Of a stretch of 64,000 bases of DNA, positions 33,633 to 42,420 are shown one piece after another. Source of the DNA: Gammaproteobacteria bacterium (GTDB taxonomy: Bacteria > Pseudomonadota > Gammaproteobacteria > Eutrophobiales > Eutrophobiaceae); NCBI GenBank assembly GCA_965221695.1, contig OZ244905.1, positions 1,152,001 to 1,216,000 of the forward strand, given 5' to 3'. The position numbers were made by a program, and so were the translations under genes. Each line of letters starts with the position of its first letter. The first letter of the stretch is position 1. A model generated the notes under the pieces. That model worked only from the letters and a program-made list of their open reading frames with translations. It made no database searches and was not told where the DNA came from.

Positions 33633-33881
33633 GTGTCCGATACGAAAACCGAAATTGATTTTGAGAAAGCGCTGGCTGAACTCGAAAAGCTTGTTGAAAC
33701 TATGGAAAAAGGCGAACTTACACTGGAGGATTCCCTGAAGCAATTCGAACGGGGCATCACCCTGACCCGCGCCTGCCAGGAGGCCCTGGTGGAAGCGGAG
33801 CAGAAAGTACAGATACTGACCCGTGACAACAAAGCCGCTGAACTGGCGGCATTTGAAACAGATACCGAGGATGATGCATAA
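33633..33881 (+). CDS. xseB: Exodeoxyribonuclease VII small subunit
   Basis: FEKALAELEKLVETMEKGELTLEDSLKQFERG; GGAGG RBS. Confidence 0.95.
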   Translation: MSDTKTEIDFEKALAELEKLVETMEKGELTLEDSLKQFERGITLTRACQEALVEAEQKVQILTRDNKAAELAAFETDTEDDA

Positions 33882-33945
33882 ATGGTCACAGGTTTGAATA
33901 CTGTTGCTGCCGGATTATCCGAACCCGCCGGTTATCGTCCGCGTC

Positions 33946-34836
33946 ATGTTATTTTCTGAACGGTTGGCAGACTACCAGGCCAGGGTGGAACGCGCGCTGG
34001 ACTACTGGATTTCGGCGGCGGGGGAAAAGCCGGAGTCCTTGAACGAGGCTGTTCGGTACTCGGTTTTCGGCGGTGGGAAACGCATAAGACCGATACTCGT
34101 GTATGCCGGCGGTGAGGCATTTAACGCCGAACTGCCAGCCCTTGATGGCTGCGCCTGCGCAGTGGAGATGATCCATACGTATTCTCTCATTCATGACGAT
34201 CTGCCGGCAATGGACGATGACGACCTGCGGCGCGGGCGGCTCACTTGCCACAAGGCTTATAACGAAGCTACCGCGATCCTGGCCGGCGATGCGTTACAGG
34301 CATTGGCATTCCATGTGCTGGCGCAGGATCCCAACATTACCGTTAGCGCCGAGCAACGCCTGAAGATGATCAATACCCTGGCGCTGGCCGCAGGGCCCGG
34401 CGGCATGACCGGCGGACAAGCCATCGACCTTGAAGCGGAAAACAGGATGCTCAACCTGGAAGAGTTACAGACCATGCACGCGCGCAAGACCGGCTCGCTG
34501 ATCAAGGCAAGCGTTGAACTGGGCGCGTTAGGCGCTCACAGCGTCGATCAGCAACAATTCGATAATATCTCGCGCTATGCGGATTGCATCGGCCTGGCAT
34601 TTCAAATCCACGACGATGTGCTCGACATTGAGGGCGATACCGAAACGCTTGGCAAACCCCAAGGCTCGGACCTGGCGCGGAACAAGGCCACCTACCCCAA
34701 CCTGCTGGGCCTGGAGGGCGCGAAACAGGCGGCGCGGGAAGCGTTGGACGAAGCCCTGGGACACCTTGAGAGTTTTGGCGAAGAGGCCGGGATGTTACGC
34801 GATATCGCGCGCTATATCGTAGAAAGAAATAGTTAA
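33946..34836 (+). CDS. ispA: Farnesyl diphosphate synthase (geranyltranstransferase)
   Basis: GGKRIRP, HDDLPAMDDDDLRRG, FQIHDDVLD; xseB-ispA order. Confidence 0.95.
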   Translation: MLFSERLADYQARVERALDYWISAAGEKPESLNEAVRYSVFGGGKRIRPILVYAGGEAFNAELPALDGCACAVEMIHTYSLIHDDLPAMDDDDLRRGRLTCHKAYNEATAILAGDALQALAFHVLAQDPNITVSAEQRLKMINTLALAAGPGGMTGGQAIDLEAENRMLNLEELQTMHARKTGSLIKASVELGALGAHSVDQQQFDNISRYADCIGLAFQIHDDVLDIEGDTETLGKPQGSDLARNKATYPNLLGLEGAKQAAREALDEALGHLESFGEEAGMLRDIARYIVERNS

Positions 34837-34839
34837 TGT

Positions 34840-34860
34840 GTCGCCCGTAGGGCGACTCTT
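34840..34860. terminator. Hairpin between convergent ispA and mazG
   Basis: GTCGCCC-GTA-GGGCGAC followed by TCTT. Confidence 0.55.
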
Positions 34861-34864
34861 TATT

Positions 34865-35635
34865 TCAGAGGTTGGCGGCTTTCGCCTGCTCCCACAACTC
34901 GTCCATTCTTTCCAAAGACGCGGACTCCAGGTCCTCGCCTTCTTCCTCGAGCCTGGTTTGAATATAGCGGAAGCGCTGCTCGAAGCGTTGGTTTGCCTCG
35001 CGCAGCGCGGTTTCAGCGTCAATGTGCAGGCTCCGGGCCAGGTTGACCGTCGCGAATAACACATCGCCCAGTTCAGATTGCACGCGGGAACGCTCTGCCG
35101 ATACGGCCATCTCTTGCTTTAATTCGTTGATTTCCTCTTCCACCTTGGCCAGTACCGGCGCGCTGTCATCCCAATCAAAACCGGCGCTCGCGGCGCGTTT
35201 TTGCAACTTGTCAGCCCGCTGCAGCGCCGGCAAGGCCCGGGCAATATTGCCCAGGTAATCGCCGTTGTCCTCCTCCCGTTTCAGCTTCTCCCAGTTACGC
35301 TTGACCTCCTCCACCGTATCGGCCCGGTGACCGGCAAAAACATGGGGATGCCTGCGCCGGAGCTTGTCACAAACGCCTGTTACGACATCGTTAAAATCGA
35401 AGGCGCCGGTCTCGGCTGCCATATGCGCATAAAACACAATATGGAACAGCAAATCTCCCAGTTCATCCCTGGTATCATCCATACTGTTGCGCTCAATCGC
35501 GTCGACCAGCTCGTATATCTCTTCCAGTGTATACGGAATGATGGTCTCCGGCGTCTGCTGCTTGTCCCAGGGACATCCCGTTTCCGGGTCGCGCAACGCC
35601 GCCATGATATTGATCAGGTCCTGTATCGAGTTCAT
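34865..35635 (-). CDS. mazG: Nucleoside triphosphate pyrophosphohydrolase MazG
   Basis: LRDPETGCPWD, EEIYE, ELGDLL, RRHPHVF, GFDW; AAAGGTG RBS before 35635. Confidence 0.95.
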   Translation of the reverse strand: MNSIQDLINIMAALRDPETGCPWDKQQTPETIIPYTLEEIYELVDAIERNSMDDTRDELGDLLFHIVFYAHMAAETGAFDFNDVVTGVCDKLRRRHPHVFAGHRADTVEEVKRNWEKLKREEDNGDYLGNIARALPALQRADKLQKRAASAGFDWDDSAPVLAKVEEEINELKQEMAVSAERSRVQSELGDVLFATVNLARSLHIDAETALREANQRFEQRFRYIQTRLEEEGEDLESASLERMDELWEQAKAANL

Positions 35636-35659
35636 TTCACCTTTCCCGAACAATGGTTG

Positions 35660-35697
35660 TTAAAGGAAGCTCTAAGACTTAACCAAAGATTCTTTAA
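35660..35697. mobile_element. Family A miniature element (degenerate)
   Basis: TTAAAGGAAGCTCTAAGACTTAACCAAAGATTCTTTAA. Confidence 0.6.
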
Positions 35698-35820
35698 TAG
35701 ATCCTCTTGTAATATCTTAATTTTCTGGTAATTTTCACTACTTATTGTTCCATAGTGGAACAAACGGCAACGCGCCGGTCTCCAAGGATGCGGTCCGGCA
35801 TCGGATTACCAGATTAACAC

Positions 35821-36393
35821 ATGAAACCACTTATTTTACGGCTTGATATATCCGGAACACCGGTCACCTGGATTCCATGGCAGGACGCGGTCAGTCTGTA
35901 TTGCCGGGATATGGTGGGCTGGACCGCGGGCGACGAGACCTTCACGTTCCACGGCGGCACATCAAGACTGAGCGGCCTGCAGTCATCTATCTCGATTAAT
36001 TCCATCATTGCCGTCAAACGTTCAAGGAATCACAAACATATCTACCGGAGCGTCCCACCGTTGACCAATCGCGAGCTATTCCAGCGCGATGCGCGTATCT
36101 GCATGTATTGCGGTAACCGCCACCGGGACAGTTCATTGACCCGCGACCATGTGGTACCGATGTCCCGCGGCGGCAGGGACCGCTGGTCCAACGTGGTCAC
36201 CGCCTGCCGCTCGTGTAACACCCGCAAGGGTAACAGGACTCCGGAAGAGGCAAGAATGCCGCTGCTGGCCGTGCCCTACGTGCCCAACTGGGCTGAGTAT
36301 CTTGCGCTATCGAACAGGAAAATACTGGCCGACCAGATGGAATTCCTGAAAACCCAGTTTTCCGGGCGCAAGATGTCCTTCCATAACCAGTAG
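35821..36393 (+). CDS. HNH endonuclease (McrA-like, Zn-binding)
   Basis: RDARICMYCG, TRDHVVP, NVVTACRSCNTRKG. Confidence 0.9.
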   Translation: MKPLILRLDISGTPVTWIPWQDAVSLYCRDMVGWTAGDETFTFHGGTSRLSGLQSSISINSIIAVKRSRNHKHIYRSVPPLTNRELFQRDARICMYCGNRHRDSSLTRDHVVPMSRGGRDRWSNVVTACRSCNTRKGNRTPEEARMPLLAVPYVPNWAEYLALSNRKILADQMEFLKTQFSGRKMSFHNQ

Positions 36394-36451
36394 TTACTCG
36401 GCAAGTTGCCAGTACTCCGGATATAATCTCAAAACTTTCCAGGAGAGCCTT

Positions 36452-36817
36452 ATGAGGATTATTTTCTGTATATTCATTTTTGGCCTGTCGCTGCAAGCAT
36501 GGGCCGTGGACCAGGCAGGCAATTATGCGATATGGGGTAAAGGCCAGAAATCCTGCTTTCGCTACATGAAGGAACGCGCCGCGGACGAAGACCAGGACTA
36601 CAGGGTGTACCTGATGGGATACCTGACCGCATACAATGCCGTAACTCCGGAGACCTACAGTATCTCCAGAGACATGAACCTGGACGAAATCCTGTCCTGG
36701 GTGGATAATTATTGCGATTCAAACCAGATGCACAGCCTGGAGCAGACGCTGATGGAGTTTATCGTCAGCCATTATGAACAACGTTTCCAGGCGCCGCCCG
36801 GCAGGAGAGGCCGCTAA
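36452..36817 (+). CDS. Small secreted hypothetical protein
   Basis: Signal peptide ending AWA; GKGQKSC...YLMGYLTAYN...WVDNYC with a Cys pair; AGGAG RBS. Confidence 0.75.
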   Translation: MRIIFCIFIFGLSLQAWAVDQAGNYAIWGKGQKSCFRYMKERAADEDQDYRVYLMGYLTAYNAVTPETYSISRDMNLDEILSWVDNYCDSNQMHSLEQTLMEFIVSHYEQRFQAPPGRRGR

Positions 36818-36985
36818 CAGGGCCGCTGAGGAAAGGATGTACTGCATTAATTCTTGTTTCGTGTTATAGTCGTTGGTTAATCACGTCAGGATTTTCATCC
36901 GCGGATTGATTATGTCTGAAAAATGCGCCATTATTGGCACAATTGCTTTAATCCACTGAAATTGGGCAAACTGGAGAGTAAAAAC

Positions 36986-37267
36986 ATGAACAGAACCTTA
37001 GTCAAAATAACATTTTTCGCCGCTGTGCTGGTGATGCTGGGAGGTTGCGCAACGGTTGAACAACTTAACGAGGTTAGGGCAATCGCAGAAAGCGCTCAAT
37101 CCGCAGCCAACAGCGCGGCTTCTGCGGCAGACAGCGCCGCGGCAGCAGCCAACCAGGCAGCAAGCGCCGCTGCATCTGCCCAGTCTGCGGCTGACGCCGC
37201 GATGGCGTGCTGCAACGAAAATTCAAGCAAGCTGGACCGCATGTTTGAACAAGCGATGCAGAAATAA
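36986..37267 (+). CDS. Lpp/OprI-like alanine-zipper outer-membrane lipoprotein
   Basis: Lipobox LGGC, Ala-rich coiled coil, KLDRMFEQAMQK ending in Lys; GGAGAG RBS. Confidence 0.85.
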   Translation: MNRTLVKITFFAAVLVMLGGCATVEQLNEVRAIAESAQSAANSAASAADSAAAAANQAASAAASAQSAADAAMACCNENSSKLDRMFEQAMQK

Positions 37268-37285
37268 GTATTGTTTCAAATCGAC

Positions 37286-37320
37286 TTAAGGAAACTCTGA
37301 TTTAATCAGAATTTCCTTGA
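37286..37320. mobile_element. Family A miniature element (short form)
   Basis: TTAA-GGAAACTCTGA-TTTAA-TCAGAATTTCC-TTGA. Confidence 0.8.
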
Positions 37321-37335
37321 TAGTCCATCCACTTT

Positions 37336-37374
37336 CCTTGCCGGCGCGCTGCACAGGTGCAACGCGCCGGAAGG
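37336..37374. terminator. GC-rich hairpin between convergent genes
   Basis: CCGGCGCG-CTGCAC-AG-GTGCAA-CGCGCCGG. Confidence 0.5.
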
Positions 37375-37378
37375 GTAG

Positions 37379-38323
37379 TTATTCTCCTGTATCCCCGGCA
37401 ATTACCCTGCCGATTTCTACCGGTATACCGTCCCTGTCGGCAATAACGGATTTTGCCAGGTCCCAGTCCACCTGGTAGCTGTAATCAACGGTCAGCTCGA
37501 TCAGACTCTCGACCACACTGGTCAGGTTTCCTTCGAACTTGTCCCTGTCTTCTTCCAAGTACGGATGGGCTTCAAGGTACAGCTTGTCACCGTACCTGCC
37601 TACCTTGTAGGGCTGGTTGATGATACGCACAGGTGTGCGCAGCTTGACCTGCTGGTACAGACTTTCGATACCCTCGGGATACAAGCGGATACAGCCGTGG
37701 CTGACACGCATACCTATTCCGAATGGCTTATTGGTGCCGTGAATGATATATTCGGGCATTCCCAACCTCATCGCATAGTTGCCCAGGGGGTTGTTCGGCC
37801 CCGGCGGCACCCGTTTGGGCAAGGGGTCGCCCTGTTCGGCATGTTCTTTGCGTATTGATTCCGGCGGATGCCAGTAAGGCCGGGTTTTTTTCTCGATAAT
37901 TCGGGTGTTCATGTATGGTGTGGCCCAGCCCTGGCGCCCTATGCCAATGGGATGGGTAATCACCTCAGCCGCCTGACCCGTTTCCTGCGGCGGAAAATAA
38001 TATAGGCGCATCTCCGGGATATTCAGGATGATGCCGATATGAGGCGGGTTCGGCAAAACATACCAGGATGGCAACACAATCTCAGTGCCCTCCCCCGGCA
38101 ACCAGGTATCCACCGCGGGATTCGCGAGCTTAATCTCCCGGAAACCCAGACTGTTGGCCCGCGCTATGTTCGGGAGAGTGTCCTCGTAGCGGGCCTGCAC
38201 TTTTTCCACTGCGCCGATCAGCGTATCACCGGGGCGTTGCAACATGTAGGAAACGGTTGCCCGGGCGGGCGCCATCGCAAATAGCAACAACAGGACCAAC
38301 GAGATATGAAAACAGGTTGGCAT
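37379..38323 (-). CDS. L,D-transpeptidase (ErfK/YbiS/YcfS family)
   Basis: LNIPEMRLYYF, PGPNNPLG, catalytic IHGT...SHGCIRL. Confidence 0.93.
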   Translation of the reverse strand: MPTCFHISLVLLLLFAMAPARATVSYMLQRPGDTLIGAVEKVQARYEDTLPNIARANSLGFREIKLANPAVDTWLPGEGTEIVLPSWYVLPNPPHIGIILNIPEMRLYYFPPQETGQAAEVITHPIGIGRQGWATPYMNTRIIEKKTRPYWHPPESIRKEHAEQGDPLPKRVPPGPNNPLGNYAMRLGMPEYIIHGTNKPFGIGMRVSHGCIRLYPEGIESLYQQVKLRTPVRIINQPYKVGRYGDKLYLEAHPYLEEDRDKFEGNLTSVVESLIELTVDYSYQVDWDLAKSVIADRDGIPVEIGRVIAGDTGE

Positions 38324-38841
38324 TAGCGCTCCCTCAGTCGCGGCATCAGTTCTACCAGGTTGCAGGGCCGGGTCCTGAAGTCAAGCTGGTGCGAGATAAT
38401 TTTATCCCAGGCCGTGGCACAGGCGCCTGATGAGCCGGGCAGGCAGAAAATATAGGTGCCGCAGGCCACGCCGGCCACCGCGCGTGACTGCAATGACGAC
38501 GTCCCTATCTCCTGGTAGGACAGGTAGCGGAACAGCTCGCCGAAACCCTCGATTTCCTTATCGAACAGGACGGAAACGGCCTCGGGCGTGCCGTCCCGGC
38601 CGGTCACGCCGGTGCCACCCGTAGCCAGGACCGCATCCACTTCCGCATCGGCGCACCAACGCGCCACCTCGGCGCGGATCCGGTAAACATCATCCGGCAC
38701 GATGGTCTTTTCCCGCAGCCGATGGCCCGCGTCCTCCAGCCTCGCGGCAAGGAGTTTTCCGGACTTGTCGGTCTTTTCCGTACGAGAATCGGAAACAACC
38801 AATACGGCCATGTTCAGTGGCTTGAATTCTCTCTCAGACAC
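38323..38841 (-). CDS. moaB: Molybdenum cofactor biosynthesis protein B
   Basis: VSDSR, DKSG, TGGTGVTGRDGTPEA, RPCNLV. Confidence 0.93.
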   Translation of the reverse strand: MSEREFKPLNMAVLVVSDSRTEKTDKSGKLLAARLEDAGHRLREKTIVPDDVYRIRAEVARWCADAEVDAVLATGGTGVTGRDGTPEAVSVLFDKEIEGFGELFRYLSYQEIGTSSLQSRAVAGVACGTYIFCLPGSSGACATAWDKIISHQLDFRTRPCNLVELMPRLRER

Positions 38842-38875
38842 GTTGTGCTCACGACAAATGCGGCATTATAAACTA

Positions 38876-38977
38876 ACATGGGTGCACAGGATAGACAGGA
38901 TAATGGAATCACAGTTGTATTCCTACAGGGCAAGAATGTTTGAACCTTTTTATCCTGTCTATCCTGTACATCCATGT
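38876..38977. repeat. Family B inverted repeat (28-bp arms)
   Basis: ACATGGGTGCACAGGATAGACAGGATAA ... TTATCCTGTCTATCCTGTACATCCATGT. Confidence 0.85.
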
Positions 38978-40290
38978 GAATGTTTGCCAAACCAGCTTGC
39001 TGCCGTGCGGAAATACCAGAGCAGGCTTAACGCACGCGCAATGAAGAATGCCATCAGGGATAGCCATAACCCGTGGTTGCCCTGATCCTGCAACAGGTAG
39101 CAGGCGGGAAGATAGACGATGAAGGTCGAAACAAGCATTGCGTTCCGGAGTTCCCTGCCCCGGGTGGCGCCGATGAATATACCATCCAGCAGAAAACACC
39201 AGACAGATATGACCGGTGAGACGATCATCCAGGGCAGGAACAGGTAGGCAGTCTCTCTTACTGTTGCAATGTCGGTCATCAGGTTGACCAGACCATTACC
39301 GGCAATAATGAACAACAGGGAGTACAGCAACGCAACACCGCCGCCCCAGGCCATCAGCGCACGGACAGAACCGCGTAGCTGCTCAGGGTCTCTTGCGCCA
39401 ACGGCCTTGCCTACCAGCGCCTCGGCGGCATTGGCAAAACCATCAAGGCCCAGGGCCACCAGCATAAGGAAATTCAACAGTACCGCATTCGCCGCCAGGA
39501 TCAGCTCTCCCTGGTTCGCCCCCTGCCTGGTAAAAAACGCGAATGCAAAGATCAAGCACATGGTCCTGATAAAAATATCCTGGTTCAGCGCCAGCAGCGA
39601 GACAAAGTCCTGTCTGTCCAGGATAACCGACTTGACCCAACGCCCCGGGCTGCGTTTCATTTCGTAATAGATAAAATAGCCCGCCAGCGCGCTGCCGCAG
39701 AACTGCGATATGACGGAAGCCAAGGCCACGCCGCGCACCTCCAGGCTCATGCCGAAGACAAAGACGAAATCGAGGACAATATTCAAAACGCCGATAAGCA
39801 AGGTCACGTACAACGTGGCCCGGGCATTCTGCATGCCCAGCAGCCAGCCGATACAGGTCATGTTCAGCAGCACCGCGGGCGCGCCCCAGACCGCCCAGTA
39901 GAAATACACCTCAGCGTTCTGCCTGACGTCCGGGGTACCGCCTAGAAGGTCAAGTCCCAAGGTGACTATAGGGGTCTGGAGCAACAGGATGGCCAAGGCA
40001 ATCAGGACTGCCAGGAAGCAACTGTGCAGCAACGCCGCCCTGAGACGATCATTGTTCTCATTCCCCTTGAGCTGCGCGACGATGCCGACGACGCTCATGC
40101 GCAGGAAGCCCATGCCCCAGTAAAGAAAACTGAAGATCACCCCGGCCATTGCCACCGCACCGATATAAGCAGGGGTGTCCAAGTGCCCGACCACTGCCGT
40201 ATCGACCATGCCCTGTAACGCGACCGTCAGGTTGGACAGGATTAACGGCCCCGCCAGCCGCAACAGGCGACTATGATGATTTATGATCAA
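38959..40290 (-). CDS. dinF: MATE family efflux transporter (DinF-like)
   Basis: MVDTAVVGHL, FLRM, LDGFANAAEALVG, LDGIFIGAT; start codon uncertain (TTG). Confidence 0.88.
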   Translation of the reverse strand: MIINHHSRLLRLAGPLILSNLTVALQGMVDTAVVGHLDTPAYIGAVAMAGVIFSFLYWGMGFLRMSVVGIVAQLKGNENNDRLRAALLHSCFLAVLIALAILLLQTPIVTLGLDLLGGTPDVRQNAEVYFYWAVWGAPAVLLNMTCIGWLLGMQNARATLYVTLLIGVLNIVLDFVFVFGMSLEVRGVALASVISQFCGSALAGYFIYYEMKRSPGRWVKSVILDRQDFVSLLALNQDIFIRTMCLIFAFAFFTRQGANQGELILAANAVLLNFLMLVALGLDGFANAAEALVGKAVGARDPEQLRGSVRALMAWGGGVALLYSLLFIIAGNGLVNLMTDIATVRETAYLFLPWMIVSPVISVWCFLLDGIFIGATRGRELRNAMLVSTFIVYLPACYLLQDQGNHGLWLSLMAFFIARALSLLWYFRTAASWFGKHSHGCTG

Positions 40291-40302
40291 TACAAAAAAA
40301 AA

Positions 40303-40341
40303 TTAATGAAGCTCTGAGACTTAATCTCTGAGGTTCCTTAA
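40303..40341. mobile_element. Family A miniature element (short form)
   Basis: TTAATGAAGCTCTGAGACTTAATCTCTGAGGTTCCTTAA. Confidence 0.75.
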
Positions 40342-40405
40342 CATGGATGCACAGGATAAACAGGAAAAAAACAGAAAAAATCCTGTCAATCCTGTACATC
40401 CATGT
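40341..40405. repeat. Family B inverted repeat (25-bp arms)
   Basis: ACATGGATGCACAGGATAAACAGGA ... TCCTGTCAATCCTGTACATCCATGT. Confidence 0.85.
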
Positions 40406-40435
40406 CAAGGAATCGCTCGTTAAGTCAGTACTGTC

Positions 40436-41035
40436 TTAACTGCCTGTCTCCCATTTGCCGAAAAAGAAGCTTTCGCTGAGCGGGTTGCGATTTCTGGGAG
40501 CAAATTCCCTTTCCCGCCGCGGTTCCGGCACATCCTCCCGCGCGGTCTGGTAGCCGATGGCGATCATGGCCATCGGCGTATGGTCGTCCGCAATACCGAA
40601 TGCCTTTATGGACTTCTCTGGGATGAACCCGCCCATCTGGTGCGCCATCAGACCCAGGTCGGTAGCCTGCAGGCATAAACTGATGGCCGCGGCGCCGGTG
40701 TCGTATTGCGCCCACCTGTTCGGCTCGCCGTTATGTTTGAAGCGCTCCACGGCAAGCGCGAGGATCAGCACGGGCGCATGCTGCGCCCAGTCGCGATTTC
40801 CCTCCACAAGGCAGTCCAGGGCAGTCTGCCATGCCGTCTCGTCCCTGGACCGGTCACAGATAATGAAGTTCCAGGGCTGGGCGCCGTAGCAAGACAGCGA
40901 CCATCTTGCCGCCTCGATACAAGCGCTGAGTTTTTCCGCTTCCACCGGCCGGGCGGGATCATAGGACACGCCGCTCCAACGCCGGGCAATGAGGTCATTG
41001 ATGGGGACAGAGGTAATCGCTTTCTTTTCGAACAT
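40436..41035 (-). CDS. Nitroreductase family protein
   Basis: IARRWS, AARWSLSCYGAQPWNF, YDTGAA, AHQMGGF. Confidence 0.9.
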   Translation of the reverse strand: MFEKKAITSVPINDLIARRWSGVSYDPARPVEAEKLSACIEAARWSLSCYGAQPWNFIICDRSRDETAWQTALDCLVEGNRDWAQHAPVLILALAVERFKHNGEPNRWAQYDTGAAAISLCLQATDLGLMAHQMGGFIPEKSIKAFGIADDHTPMAMIAIGYQTAREDVPEPRREREFAPRNRNPLSESFFFGKWETGS

Positions 41036-41110
41036 GATTATATTTCCTTGGTTGAACGGAGATGGCCCGACATTATAGCGGTTTTGTCACGCCGCGCGCG
41101 CCGCGGCCAA

Positions 41111-42280
41111 TCAATCCCGGCGTAATCGGTCCGAGGTTGCAATCGGAGTCCGGAAGTTCATCACTACGATCCCGGAGGAAAAGACAAAGGTGATCAGCGT
41201 CGCAAGCTGGATCATGTACGAGGTGTTCTGCTCAATGAACTGCGCTTCGGCGGCCAGTACCGCGATGAGGAAGGAAAATTCGCTGATCTGTCCCAGCCGG
41301 AAACCTACCTCCCTGGAAATTGCGCGTTTTTCATGGGCCTTGACGAACAGCTTCTCAAAGATGATGGGTTTGATGATCAGCGCGCACACAGCCAGCGCAG
41401 TGGCCGGCAGTATGATTTGCGAGATGATGTCCAGGTTGAAGCTGGCGCCCAGGGAGAAGAAAAACAGTACCAGGAAAAAATCCCGCAAGGGTTTCAGTCT
41501 CATCGTGATGAACTGGGCGATGGGGCTGGACGCGAGGGTGATGCCGGCGATGAACGCGCCGATCTCGTGCGACAGTCCCAGCATGACGGACACCTCGGCG
41601 ATGGCCAGGCACCAGGCAATGGCCAGCAAGAAAATATACTCGTGGATCTGGTCGAAGCGCTGGATCAACTTGACGATGACATAGCGCTCGAAGAACCACG
41701 AAATCAGGATCAATACCGGCAGGGTCAGTATCTGCAGTGTGATATCGAGCAGCAACTGGTCGTTTTTTCCGTATCCCTGGAGCATCAGCAAGACGATGAT
41801 TGCGATCAAGTCCTGGATTAACAGCACGCTGATTATCATCTGCCCGGTATGGCGATGGTGCAGCGCGGTGGTGGGCAACAGTTTCACCCCGATGATGGTG
41901 CTGGAGAACATCATGATGGAACCGATCAGCAGCGCCTCGGGCAGTGGATAACTGAAACCCAGGGCAATCGCAAAACCGGCCGCAAAAAACAGCAGCGAAC
42001 TCAGTAAAGTGACCCACATCGCTTCTCCCAGCATCTTCCACAGTTCCTGCGGAAACAGGTCCAGCCCGAGCAGGTAGAGCAGGAACACGATGCCGATATG
42101 CGATATATCTGCTATCAGTTCGGGGTCGTCCACCAGCCCCATACCCCAAGGCCCCAGGATAACGCCGAGCAGGATATAGGCAACGAGCATCGCCTGGCGC
42201 GCATACAAGGCCAGGGTTGCCAGGACCGCTGCGCCGGTAAAGATCAGGAAGATTGAAAATTCTATGCCAGTAACTGTCAT
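41111..42280 (-). CDS. Cation:proton antiporter (CPA2 family)
   Basis: About 12 TM segments; GVILGP, FSSTII, LLIQD, GAFIAG, GQISEFS. Confidence 0.88.
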   Translation of the reverse strand: MTVTGIEFSIFLIFTGAAVLATLALYARQAMLVAYILLGVILGPWGMGLVDDPELIADISHIGIVFLLYLLGLDLFPQELWKMLGEAMWVTLLSSLLFFAAGFAIALGFSYPLPEALLIGSIMMFSSTIIGVKLLPTTALHHRHTGQMIISVLLIQDLIAIIVLLMLQGYGKNDQLLLDITLQILTLPVLILISWFFERYVIVKLIQRFDQIHEYIFLLAIAWCLAIAEVSVMLGLSHEIGAFIAGITLASSPIAQFITMRLKPLRDFFLVLFFFSLGASFNLDIISQIILPATALAVCALIIKPIIFEKLFVKAHEKRAISREVGFRLGQISEFSFLIAVLAAEAQFIEQNTSYMIQLATLITFVFSSGIVVMNFRTPIATSDRLRRD

Positions 42281-42420
42281 GGGATATAAAATAACATGAA
42301 TCTTAACTCAGCATGCCTCTAAATCCTCATGAGCAGGGCGCTTCCGTGAATGCCGCCACAGTACCACTCTCGTGAAAACGGGAGTCCAGTGGAATACTGT
42401 ATCGCCCAAACGGCGACGCT

